23,673 nt of DNA, taken from assembly GCA_963712115.1 (NCBI GenBank), contig CAVQGX010000028.1, positions 1 through 23,673 of the forward strand. The letters run 5' to 3'. Numbering within the stretch: position 1 is the first letter of the stretch; each line of letters begins with the position of its first letter. The DNA is from an uncultured delta proteobacterium (GTDB lineage: Bacteria > Desulfobacterota > Syntrophobacteria > BM002). Under the pieces are notes generated by a model, which ran no database searches, had not been told where the DNA came from, and was given only the letters and a program-made list of their open reading frames with translations. Below, in pieces: positions 1 through 8,205 of this stretch. Position numbers and translations under genes: made by a program.

Positions 1-318
1 GATATGTGTAAAGACTTCTACCCTAACGATCCCCTGGTACGAATTGGGTTTGCTGCAGTGACATGCGGTCTATTCGCCCTTGGAGGGTTGTGGTGGAGGA
101 GGTTTGGTCTTTTGAACAAAATTGCAGGTACCCTTCTTATCTTGATCTCTCCCCTAGTGATTCTGGCACACGGAGTCAGCAACAATCTGAACCAGGGATT
201 GTCCATTGCATTGGGTAGTGTAACAACCCAAAGTTGGATAGCCCTTGGCGGGCTTATAGCTATTTTGCTTTTGACTGCTCTTCTGGCATTTACTTTAGGA
301 GAAGAGATAGGACCGTAA
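1..318 (+). CDS. Hypothetical multi-pass membrane protein, probably 5'-partial
   Basis: Frame is open from base 1 and has three hydrophobic segments. The TAA stop lies inside the GTAAAG left end of the downstream element. Confidence 0.55.
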   Translation, partial: DMCKDFYPNDPLVRIGFAAVTCGLFALGGLWWRRFGLLNKIAGTLLILISPLVILAHGVSNNLNQGLSIALGSVTTQSWIALGGLIAILLLTALLAFTLGEEIGP

Positions 319-648
319 AGCTTACCCAAGGCAGAACAAATCAGGTCAGATCCCAATGGTTTTGCCCGTAAAGATAAGCGAGCTTTTTTGGAGTACCGGA
401 GCATCAGAAATTCCAAATCACAAATCACAAATATCAAACAAATCACAATGACCAAAATTCAAAATTCCAAACCTGTTTCGGTCATTTGGTATTGGAATTT
501 GAGATTTGTTTGTAATTTGGTGCTTGGAGTTTGGGATTTCATTATTCCATCACTCCATCATTCCAGCAGACTTCCTCATCAAGGAAAGACCCTAGAAGCC
601 CCCCTGGGGGCGGACCAAATCCGGATCCTCAGGGCCCGGACTCTTTAC
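315..648. mobile_element. Non-coding MITE-like element with short terminal inverted repeats
   Basis: GTAAAG at 315-320 and CTTTAC at 643-648. Contains a heptamer inverted array, octamer-like GGAGTA/ATTCCATC repeats and GC-rich hairpin sequence near the right end. No target-site duplication seen. Confidence 0.4.
407..540. repeat. Heptamer-periodic imperfect inverted repeat with 66-bp arms
   Basis: Left arm 407-472 (AAATCAC-type units) and right arm 475-540 (reverse complement AAACTCC/AAATCTC-type units), 2-nt spacer. Confidence 0.85.
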
Positions 649-748
649 CTCCACTGCCATATTCATGGTCTCGCCCCTTTGTTTCCATTAGTTCTTAATA
701 GCTGATCAACCCACCGAAAAAAATGGGGAAACGCCTGTAACAATACTC

Positions 749-777
749 TTGCCCTAAGTTAATCAATTGTGTAATCT
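749..777 (+). promoter_or_regulatory. Candidate sigma70 promoter for the small HTH gene
   Basis: TTGCCC-17 bp-TAATCT, about 70 nt upstream of ATG 848. Confidence 0.4.
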
Positions 778-847
778 GATCGTATATTGATGGTGGATCT
801 CGAATAGCAAATCCACCCCAGTTAGCTATTTAGAAGGAGGCTAAGCC

Positions 848-1024
848 ATGGATCCCGCTGAAAAGATAGCGCTAAAGGAAAAACTGGCCGAGAAGGGAAT
901 TGGTTTCGACAAGGCAGCCGAAGAGCTTAAGGTGACAGCATCGCTTTTGGCCCTTTATTTGAAGGACGACTCGAATCCCGTCCCCAAAAGAATTATTGAT
1001 GGGCTCAACAAAATGCTTGAATGA
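848..1024 (+). CDS. 58-aa Cro/XRE-like helix-turn-helix protein (absent from the ORF track)
   Basis: Strong RBS AAGGAGG. Translation MDPAEKIALKEKLAEKGIGFDKAAEELKVTASLLALYLKDDSNPVPKRIIDGLNKMLE fits the XRE pattern L-x2-KG-x4-AA-x2-L-x-V-x3-L. Confidence 0.72.
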   Translation: MDPAEKIALKEKLAEKGIGFDKAAEELKVTASLLALYLKDDSNPVPKRIIDGLNKMLE

Positions 1025-1036
1025 TGACCTGCGGAG

Positions 1037-1360
1037 CTACATCAATTTCCCCGCCAGCCAGAAAAGCAGCATACCGGCAACAACTGTTCCTCCTAACGAT
1101 CTGGTTTTCAGGGCAAGAATAAAGGTGGGCACAGCCACGATAAACTGGGGTCGCAAAAGATCTAAGTAGCGAGGGCTACCGCCGGTTACAAGCTCTGGAA
1201 AGACCAGAGCGCTGAGGATGGCTACCGGTATGAAATCCAACCACTCGGCGAACCATCGGGGCAGCTGTCGCCGCGACAGAAAAAGAATAGGAACCCACCG
1301 TGGGATGTAGGTGACCAACCCCATACCAAGTACCAACAACAGATACTCAGATTTAATCAT
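1037..1360 (-). CDS. azlD: AzlD-family branched-chain amino acid export subunit
   Basis: GMGLVTYIPRWVP and WLDFIPVAILSALVFP motifs; overlaps the stop of azlC. Confidence 0.9.
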   Translation of the reverse strand: MIKSEYLLLVLGMGLVTYIPRWVPILFLSRRQLPRWFAEWLDFIPVAILSALVFPELVTGGSPRYLDLLRPQFIVAVPTFILALKTRSLGGTVVAGMLLFWLAGKLM

Positions 1361-2075
1361 TGAGAATATCCTTCCGTCGACAGACTACCCCGATAAAGGC
1401 AGCCAAAACTGAGGCCAGAACAATATAACTGTTTCCTGGAACCAAAAGTGCGAGAAATACTGCCAATACTCCAGCGATGATAGCGGTAAGAACATACAGT
1501 CGCCCTCTGAGTTGAAATACCAAAAGACAGAGAAACATGGCGATGAGCGCATAATCGATACCGAATGCTCCTGCCGGAATGAACTGGCCGCTATAGGCCC
1601 CCACAATGCTGCTGGCGATCCACGCCACATTAGCAGTCTGGTTTACCACCAAAGCCTGACGCCAATCCCAATTACTATCTCGAAACCTGGTCAGATTGAC
1701 GGCAAAGCTCTCATCGGTAACGCCGTAAGCAAAAAGGGCAGTCCAGCTCTTGTTCACAGACCGCAGATAGAGGGCCAGGGAGGAACTCATTAATAAGTGC
1801 CTAAGATTGATAACAAAAGTGGTAAGTACTATGGACAGTGCCGAGGCCCCTCCACTGAGCATTGAAACTGCTACGAACTGAGAACTTCCCGCAAAAACCA
1901 GCAAAGACATAAGGCCGATTTCAACAGGGTGGAGCCCAGCCTTCTGGGCCAGTACGCCAAATGCCAATCCTATGGGGAAATAGCCCAAGCAGATTGGCCA
2001 GCCAGCCTTTATGCCTTCTTTACATATGAACGTGGTAGCAAGGTGCTCTCCCGCAGGATCTGAAGTATTGACCAT
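1353..2075 (-). CDS. azlC: AzlC-family branched-chain amino acid export permease
   Basis: PICLGYFPIGLAFG, MSLLVFAGSSQF, INLRHLLMS and TDESFA motifs. Start moved to ATG 2075, which has a GGAG RBS. Confidence 0.92.
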   Translation of the reverse strand: MVNTSDPAGEHLATTFICKEGIKAGWPICLGYFPIGLAFGVLAQKAGLHPVEIGLMSLLVFAGSSQFVAVSMLSGGASALSIVLTTFVINLRHLLMSSSLALYLRSVNKSWTALFAYGVTDESFAVNLTRFRDSNWDWRQALVVNQTANVAWIASSIVGAYSGQFIPAGAFGIDYALIAMFLCLLVFQLRGRLYVLTAIIAGVLAVFLALLVPGNSYIVLASVLAAFIGVVCRRKDILND

Positions 2076-2264
2076 ATGCGCTCCAGCTGATGGCATTAAT
2101 GCGAATCAAATACTTTACTATTTCCCTTCCACATAGGGCAAGTGGCTGGGCTAAACTTTTTTGCACCTCCTATTATCCCCACCATTTTTCCCACCTGTCC
2201 CCAAAATACTTCTGTAGAAAATAAGCCGAAAAATAATTGAAAACAATTACCTACACAAATATTT

Positions 2265-2280
2265 CGGCACGATCATTGCT
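2265..2280 (+). promoter_or_regulatory. Sigma54 (-24/-12) promoter
   Basis: CGGCACGATCATTGCT: GG-N10-GC, close to the consensus TGGCACG-N4-TTGCW. Confidence 0.7.
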
Positions 2281-2340
2281 CTTTGAGAGGGAGATGCTGG
2301 TTTAGTCTGCAACAGGCCATTGGCAGTTTTTGGAGTTAAT

Positions 2341-3705
2341 ATGTTGATACCAAAGCAATTTACCAGAATATTTCCATATCTTTTTGTACTTTTTTTTGTA
2401 CTTATTGTCTTTCTGCCGAAGAATATATTGGCGCAAGATATTCAAAAAGATACGCAATTAATTCATCGAGTTTCCCCTGGGGAGTCACTTCACAAGATCG
2501 CCCGGCAGTATCTGCCACTGACTGAGGAATTAACCGTCGATGACTTGGTCGAAAAGATCAAAGTGCTGAGTGGCGTAGAGGGGTCTTTGATCCGGCCCAA
2601 CCAATGGTTACTCATACCTCTGGTTCGCTCGCGCCCTGTGGCAGCCAAGACTGTTCCTAAGCAGACAGATTTTGAGGCCAAAGGTATATATATTAATCGC
2701 TACACCATGGCCAGCCAAAGAATTAAGAGACTTATAGATGAGTTGGTGGCGGTGGGGGGTAATACAGTTATTCTTGACGGCAAAGACATGTCTGGAAATC
2801 TGTCCTATCCTTCCCGAGTCAATCTAGCTCAAGAGATTGGAGCAAATGCTAGACCGGTGACCAGGGATTTGGCGAAAATGATTCATTATCTCCACGAGAG
2901 AGGAATACATGTTGGGGTGAGACTGGTTCTTTTCTACGATCAACTTTTGGCAGAGCAGAAACCCGACCTGGCCCTGAGAGATGGCCTCACAGGAAATCTT
3001 TTATTGGAAAATGGCATATCAGCGTGGGTTGATCCATCTCATCCAGTGGTGCAGGATTATAACTTGGCCATTGCCAGGGAATTGGCAGAAATGGGGGTAG
3101 ATGAAATCCAATTTGACTACATAAGATTTCCTACGAAAGAAAATGTCCAATACGGTGAATCCGGCCTTTATGGGAAAACAGTTCCTAGATACAGGATAAT
3201 TACTGACTTTCTTGCCCGGGCTCGGAGAGAGCTGGCTGCACACCAGGTCCTATTATCCATTGATGTATTTGGGATTATTGCCTGGGGCAGGTCCAAAGAT
3301 ATCGAGATGACCGGTCAGAAGATAGAAGAATTGGCCGGACACTGTGACGTGATCTCGCCAATGATCTATCCTTCTCATTTTCATAACCCCTTTCGAGGTA
3401 TTGCCGATCCCGGCGAACGCCCTTACTTACTCGTCTCGGAGACATGTAAGAGATTCTCACGGCTGCTGAAAAACTCACAAGCAACCCTCCGGCCCTGGAT
3501 TCAGGCCTTTCCCCTTGGGACTGACCATTTTGACGAAGAATATGTTTTCGAGCAACTTAAGGCGCTGGATGAGTCCGAAGTCCGAGGATGGCTGCTCTGG
3601 AGTGCGGGGAACAAATACGATGTCGCCTGGAAGGCTTTAGCTGAACTTAATGATGATTCCTTTGGAGAAAGGATCCTAGGGGCAAATTTGTTTTTGGGTG
3701 ATTAA
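2341..3705 (+). CDS. Exported LysM-domain plus DUF4015-like putative glycoside hydrolase
   Basis: Signal peptide; LysM-like HRVSPGESLHKIARQY...LIRPNQWLLIP; KGIY, WVDPSH, GVDEIQFDYIRFP, ISPMIYPSHF and LRPWIQAF motifs. GGAG RBS before ATG 2341. Confidence 0.85.
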   Translation: MLIPKQFTRIFPYLFVLFFVLIVFLPKNILAQDIQKDTQLIHRVSPGESLHKIARQYLPLTEELTVDDLVEKIKVLSGVEGSLIRPNQWLLIPLVRSRPVAAKTVPKQTDFEAKGIYINRYTMASQRIKRLIDELVAVGGNTVILDGKDMSGNLSYPSRVNLAQEIGANARPVTRDLAKMIHYLHERGIHVGVRLVLFYDQLLAEQKPDLALRDGLTGNLLLENGISAWVDPSHPVVQDYNLAIARELAEMGVDEIQFDYIRFPTKENVQYGESGLYGKTVPRYRIITDFLARARRELAAHQVLLSIDVFGIIAWGRSKDIEMTGQKIEELAGHCDVISPMIYPSHFHNPFRGIADPGERPYLLVSETCKRFSRLLKNSQATLRPWIQAFPLGTDHFDEEYVFEQLKALDESEVRGWLLWSAGNKYDVAWKALAELNDDSFGERILGANLFLGD

Positions 3706-3728
3706 AAAGAAGGTGAGAGGAATTAGGA

Positions 3729-4013
3729 TTAAGACCAGATGAAGCGGACGCCCATTCCGGCTGGCTCATTTTTTTTGTCCGAGGATGAGTTGCTGGCCCA
3801 AACGACTTGAGCCATAACCTGCATGGAAGCTGCTGGAGCCTTAACAGACAACACGAACCTTTCTGAGAGAGGAAGGGGCTTATCGCAATAAATAAATGCC
3901 CCTTGCATGCTAATATCTCTAGTTTCTCCCTGCATTGAACCTTCAGAGGTCAACATTGTAACAGGCCACCTGACCTCCACTCTAGGTTGCAACCTTCTTT
4001 CTCTACCGTCCAT
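3729..4013 (-). CDS. Single-domain PilZ protein (c-di-GMP receptor)
   Basis: RxxxR (RRLQPR), DxSxxG (DISMQG), VVW and GMGVRF. Start set at ATG 4013. Confidence 0.88.
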   Translation of the reverse strand: MDGRERRLQPRVEVRWPVTMLTSEGSMQGETRDISMQGAFIYCDKPLPLSERFVLSVKAPAASMQVMAQVVWASNSSSDKKNEPAGMGVRFIWS

Positions 4014-4269
4014 CCTTATATCCCTTTCTTGTGGGATAACTTTAGCAAAAAACCGGATATCGGTCCACTGCTCAAATAGCACCTGCAAAATTTCTAGCAG
4101 AATACGGCTAATGGAGGTCGAGCGTAATCAGAATTGAGCAGCGGTACACAAGATTGTCGATGGAGCAAGGAATCAACAAGGATACTCGACGCCTTACCAG
4201 TTTGATCAAGCATGCTGAGGACAGGTTACGGAAAAGGAGGGAAAGTTGCAAGACCTTTCTTAACCCTAG

Positions 4270-4800
4270 TTAAGCAACAACTCCTGAAAAAAGACCAATT
4301 ATAGCACTGGCAAAGGCACCGATAATGAAGGTAATGTAAGCCAGCCTCAGGAAACGATACTTCTTTTTGGCAAGAAACATCCCTAAGGTATAAAGTTCCT
4401 TTACTTGTACTTCATAGGTGAAGCTGGGATTATTCATGACCTCTTCCATACTCGTTTCAAACTCTTCATAGGTTAGTCGGACGAAATCGGCAAAAAAGAG
4501 CAAGTTGAATCCCGGAGATTTAATTGATTCCCTCGTCTCTCTTTTAAAAAAAAACGGTATTTTTGGCATTACAGCGTATGTTGCCAGACCAATGGTCATC
4601 AAGCAAAAGGCAATTAATACAACTATAGCCCACTTTAGATGGGGTTGGGTGATGTAGCCGACGGATAGGGTTATAACTACTGAGGTAATGGTCAGAAGCA
4701 TGTTGGCTTTCATGTCTGCCATTGAACTAAGCTGCGTGTGATGCATCCGTGTCTGACGCACGAGATGGTCTAGATGTGACCCCGCCTGTTTGATTTCCAT
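4270..4800 (-). CDS. Pycsar effector-like (DUF5706/PycTM) membrane protein
   Basis: SSMADMKANMLL motif, two TM helices, AVMP, NLLFF, KKKYRFLRLAY and a final TM helix. GGAGG RBS before ATG 4800. Confidence 0.8.
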   Translation of the reverse strand: MEIKQAGSHLDHLVRQTRMHHTQLSSMADMKANMLLTITSVVITLSVGYITQPHLKWAIVVLIAFCLMTIGLATYAVMPKIPFFFKRETRESIKSPGFNLLFFADFVRLTYEEFETSMEEVMNNPSFTYEVQVKELYTLGMFLAKKKYRFLRLAYITFIIGAFASAIIGLFSGVVA

Positions 4801-4950
4801 CAGACTTCCTCCCATAGGTGGTGTTGCATGGTTAATGACAAGGAGAGCTAGCACTAGATACTAATACTGTCAAGGTTAGAATTTCTCATGGCGTTTCCTG
4901 AGATAACGGTTTAATATAATTCATTCGCCTGTCATAAAGAGGTATTCACC

Positions 4951-5502
4951 ATGACACTCAGAACCAAAATGTTGATGTCAGCGGTGTCGTTACTTTTTCT
5001 GGTTATCGGTGCGGGAACAGTATACCTTATCAGTCATAAGATTCTCTCTATGGAGTTTCGAGCCGCTAATGACGCTCTACATAGACAAGAAGCTCCAATA
5101 ACGCTCGACTTCCTAATCCCAGCTGGGACTTATGTTGACGCGACAATGACCATAGGAGAAGTAGTAAAGATTCGCATTCAAAAACCAAAGAAAAAATTCA
5201 ATAGTTTTCTTCGGAAATTCTCAGAAAGTATACCGCGCAAATACCTCCTTTTGGGGACCATGATCCTCTATCTATTTTGGACATTCCTTTTTCTTGTTTT
5301 TTTTAGAATATTCACCTGGATAGGCTACAGTGTTGCCCTCAGTATCAGCTTTCTTGCTGGATCTTTAGTCTATTTTTTTATGCCTGATTTGATGTTTGGC
5401 AGAATAGATGACGTGATATTTTTGGGTTGGGCGGTAGCTTTCACGGTGGCTTGCAGGTTGTATTCTAAGCGGAGGAGGTTGAAACACTCATACTCTAGAT
5501 AA
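4951..5502 (+). CDS. Hypothetical membrane protein
   Basis: GAGG RBS, N-terminal TM helix, three C-terminal TM helices, basic tail. Confidence 0.7.
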   Translation: MTLRTKMLMSAVSLLFLVIGAGTVYLISHKILSMEFRAANDALHRQEAPITLDFLIPAGTYVDATMTIGEVVKIRIQKPKKKFNSFLRKFSESIPRKYLLLGTMILYLFWTFLFLVFFRIFTWIGYSVALSISFLAGSLVYFFMPDLMFGRIDDVIFLGWAVAFTVACRLYSKRRRLKHSYSR

Positions 5503-5546
5503 TTAAAGCATCTCAATTCGTGAGTTGTCTAGGCCAACTCAGTTTA

Positions 5547-5960
5547 TCATTGAACTATTCCTCTGGCTTTTCTGTCATAGTATATAAATTTCTTTTTATA
5601 AAGTTCGTTTTCAGGATAAAGAGTAACCAGCTCGGAATAAATATCTCTATTCAGCTTTGTTTCCTTGGTAGGAACTTTCTTGACAATCTCGTAAAGTATT
5701 TCTTCAATCCTCTCGTTGCATCTTACATCCTCATGTGATGCGTGACCAAGGTATCTGTCTGCGTCAAAGTATAGTGATTTTATCTCCGGATCAAGAGTAT
5801 CAATCGCTGCGAGTCTAGCTCCTTCAAAGTTAGAATCACTAATAAGAATACGTATTCTCTTTATAGTATCTAGATTTGTTTGATCTTTACTTTCTTCAAA
5901 ACAACTAATAACAAGAATCAAAGAAAAACCTACGATAGAGATAATAGCCAGTCTCTTCAT
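5547..5960 (-). CDS. Hypothetical lipoprotein
   Basis: GAGG RBS; MKRLAIISIVGFSLILVISC signal with a lipobox-like Cys; AT-rich gene. Confidence 0.65.
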   Translation of the reverse strand: MKRLAIISIVGFSLILVISCFEESKDQTNLDTIKRIRILISDSNFEGARLAAIDTLDPEIKSLYFDADRYLGHASHEDVRCNERIEEILYEIVKKVPTKETKLNRDIYSELVTLYPENELYKKKFIYYDRKARGIVQ

Positions 5961-6045
5961 TTTCTTTGCCTCTCTGATAAATAGCTTCCGTTCTCGAGGC
6001 CTGTAAAAATTAAGCCAAAAAACTTCTTCATTAACGGATGGTATT

Positions 6046-6074
6046 TAACCCGGATTCATGAAACATCCGGGTTA
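6046..6074. repeat. Perfect 10-bp inverted repeat related to the TIRs of the 17136-17581 MITE
   Basis: TAACCCGGAT-tcatgaaac-ATCCGGGTTA. Confidence 0.75.
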
Positions 6075-6319
6075 GTCGCCGCGCTCAGCAAAATCTATTG
6101 TCAGGCAGGACCAACAAGCTCTTTATATGCACTTTGCGTACCAAGAGACATGGTTTAGCGGCCATGGGATTTGGAATATATATTTGGTCCTCCGGATAAA
6201 AACCCTCATACTTGCAGAACTGTTGGGAATACAAATTTAGACAATAAATTAATAATTCCATATACTTGCAATGCACAAATTTGAACAACAGTAATTACTC
6301 CAAATATATCAAATAGTTG

Positions 6320-6348
6320 TTGACAACTAATTTAATTTACCTTATGTT
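6320..6348 (+). promoter_or_regulatory. Sigma70 promoter of mucR with an overlapping palindrome
   Basis: TTGACA-17 bp-TATGTT. Palindrome TAGTTGT-tg-ACAACTA at 6314-6329 covers the -35 box. Confidence 0.6.
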
Positions 6349-6406
6349 GTATGAGTTTGCAACTTTGCCAACAATACGGCCACAATGACGAAAGGAGGAC
6401 AATGAT

Positions 6407-6928
6407 ATGGCGAAGACTTTGACGGAAATGGCAGCCGAAATTGTAGCTGCGCAGGCTTCACATGCGGTGATGGCGTCTGACGATATGGTGGGAGCACTGA
6501 AAAAGACGTTTGAAGCCCTCAAAAATATCAAAACAATCGAAGAGGGCGGGCCGGAAGGAGAGGCTCCTCCAGTAGATCCTAAAAAATCTATTCAGAGAAA
6601 CTACATCATTAATCTTGAAGATGGCAAGAAGTACAAGCAGCTTACTGCAAGGACTCTTGCAAAATTCGGCATTACACCGGCAGAATATCGTAAGAAGTGG
6701 GGCTTTTCTCCTAGACAGCCGTTAGCGGCCAAGTCTCTTAGCGCCAAACGTAGAAAAACTGCCAAAGCTCTTGGCCTCGGGGAGAAATTACAGTTGGCAA
6801 GAAAGGCGAAGGCTGCTACAAAGGCTGGGGCGAAGCCAAAGGCTGCGGCGAAGGCGAAGCCTCCAAAGAAGGCAAAAGCCGCACCCAAGAAGAAGAAAAA
6901 AGCTGCAAGGAAAAAGAAAAAGGCATAA
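6407..6928 (+). CDS. mucR: MucR/Ros-family regulator with a Lys/Ala-rich C-terminal tail
   Basis: AAEIVAA N-terminus, VDPKKSI, LEDGKKYK and TPAEYRKKWG...PLAA...S.KRR..AK.LGLG motifs; AAGGAGG RBS. Confidence 0.9.
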   Translation: MAKTLTEMAAEIVAAQASHAVMASDDMVGALKKTFEALKNIKTIEEGGPEGEAPPVDPKKSIQRNYIINLEDGKKYKQLTARTLAKFGITPAEYRKKWGFSPRQPLAAKSLSAKRRKTAKALGLGEKLQLARKAKAATKAGAKPKAAAKAKPPKKAKAAPKKKKKAARKKKKA

Positions 6929-6952
6929 GGAAGTTGGCTGGTAAAATAAAGG

Positions 6953-6980
6953 AAAAGTCTGCCAATAGGCGGGCTTTTTT
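6953..6980 (+). terminator. Rho-independent terminator of mucR
   Basis: AAAAGTCTGCC-aata-GGCGGGCTTTTTT. Confidence 0.8.
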
Positions 6981-7008
6981 ATTTATATAAAGAGTTAGTG
7001 ATCTACAG

Positions 7009-7142
7009 GATGTAGATTTGAGATTTAGGATTGTACATTTTGAACCAATATATATCTCTTTAAATTATCGATCTTCAATCTGCCGTAAGGAATTTGATGT
7101 AGTCAATCTTAAATCTACAATCTAGAATCTGCAATCTAAATA
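7009..7142. repeat. Heptamer-periodic inverted array
   Basis: Left GATGTAG ATTTGAG ATTTAGG ATTGTAC ATTTTGA; right CAATCTT AAATCTA CAATCTA GAATCTG CAATCTA. Confidence 0.75.
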
Positions 7143-7144
7143 AG

Positions 7145-7405
7145 TTACTCCTTCAATGACTCAAGGTAAGATCTCAGAGAGTCAAAATCTGGATATTTTT
7201 TAAGTTCATCCCCAGACCTGAGGTCGTAGACAACCACGGCAACAGGCTCATCCAGCAATTGGGGCAGGCCCTCCCCCTCTTTGTCCATTACGGTTATGTA
7301 GGCGCGTCTTCCATTATAACTAATAAATTTTGTGTACCACGCTTGTCCGGCGCAACTTGCAGAAATACGGAATCCGTGATCTTTCATAATCTCTTCTACG
7401 CTCAT
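7145..7405 (-). CDS. Hypothetical protein (86 aa)
   Basis: GAGGTGG RBS, globular composition, co-oriented directly after the MCE gene. Confidence 0.7.
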   Translation of the reverse strand: MSVEEIMKDHGFRISASCAGQAWYTKFISYNGRRAYITVMDKEGEGLPQLLDEPVAVVVYDLRSGDELKKYPDFDSLRSYLESLKE

Positions 7406-7444
7406 ACTTGCCCACCTCTACTGCTGGAGTGAAAGCGAGATAAA

Positions 7445-8125
7445 TCAAATGCTCTTAAGTTTATCCAACTTTACCTCTAAAGTCTCTACCTCTTTCTCCT
7501 TGCCCAACTGCCGCAGACGTTTTCTCAACTCTCGTAGCGCCTCTTCCAGTCGGGGTAACACCTCTTCCTTGAAATATTCACGTGTCTCGACCCCGGCTTG
7601 CCCCAATTTGTTTAACCAATAATCCATCTCACGTTCCAACTCCTTATACCATTCCCTTTCAGGAAGTTGACTCATCTCCTCTTCCCAGCGTTCAAGCTCT
7701 CGCTCAAGCTGCTTCCTCCAAGCCTCGAGTCCTCTTTCGGTTTTTTCCAACTGGAGGGAAAGATAGGTACTGCCCTCTACGGCAGTTCCGGTTGGGAGAG
7801 GATTTCCCTCCTCAGAGAGGTTGACCATGTTGACAAGGCTTTGCCCTTGCCTCTGGGGATCGGTTTGAATGAGGAATCGGCTTTCATTCGTGACTTTATC
7901 CGAGAAATCTTTCCTTATTTGCAATTGCACCGAGGCTTGACCTTGAACATTTTGTTTCACCGACTGGACCTTACCGATTTTTTGTTCATTCCATAATACC
8001 GGGTCATTTTGCTTTAGTCCCTCGGTCCTGTCGTACAAGACAGTAAGTTGCAGGCTACCAACACAGGCAGCAGCCAGTACATAGACGAAGATTAACGGCA
8101 AGATCCAGAAACTGTTATTTCTCAT
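7445..8125 (-). CDS. MlaD/MCE-domain protein with a coiled-coil C-terminus
   Basis: N-terminal hydrophobic segment ending in a lipobox-like AAAC; GLKQNDPVLWNEQKIGKV matches the MCE pattern GL-x-x-G-x-x-V-x-x-x-G-x-x-IG-x-V; helical E/K/R-rich tail. Confidence 0.8.
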   Translation of the reverse strand: MRNNSFWILPLIFVYVLAAACVGSLQLTVLYDRTEGLKQNDPVLWNEQKIGKVQSVKQNVQGQASVQLQIRKDFSDKVTNESRFLIQTDPQRQGQSLVNMVNLSEEGNPLPTGTAVEGSTYLSLQLEKTERGLEAWRKQLERELERWEEEMSQLPEREWYKELEREMDYWLNKLGQAGVETREYFKEEVLPRLEEALRELRKRLRQLGKEKEVETLEVKLDKLKSI

Positions 8126-8205
8126 CTTTTTCCCCCGGTTGGAGAACTTGACTGCATACTGTATATCTAAGTTAACAATAATGTCATATTGGCTGGGAAC
8201 AGTAA

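Noticed and set aside
18-705. ORFs 18-455 (-) and 388-705 (+)
   Set aside because: They are read-throughs of the heptamer array and the MITE-like element.
8149-8176. dif-like site (GCATAC-TGTATA-TCTAAGTTAAC) near the integrase remnant
   Set aside because: The XerD arm is out of register and the XerC arm matches poorly.
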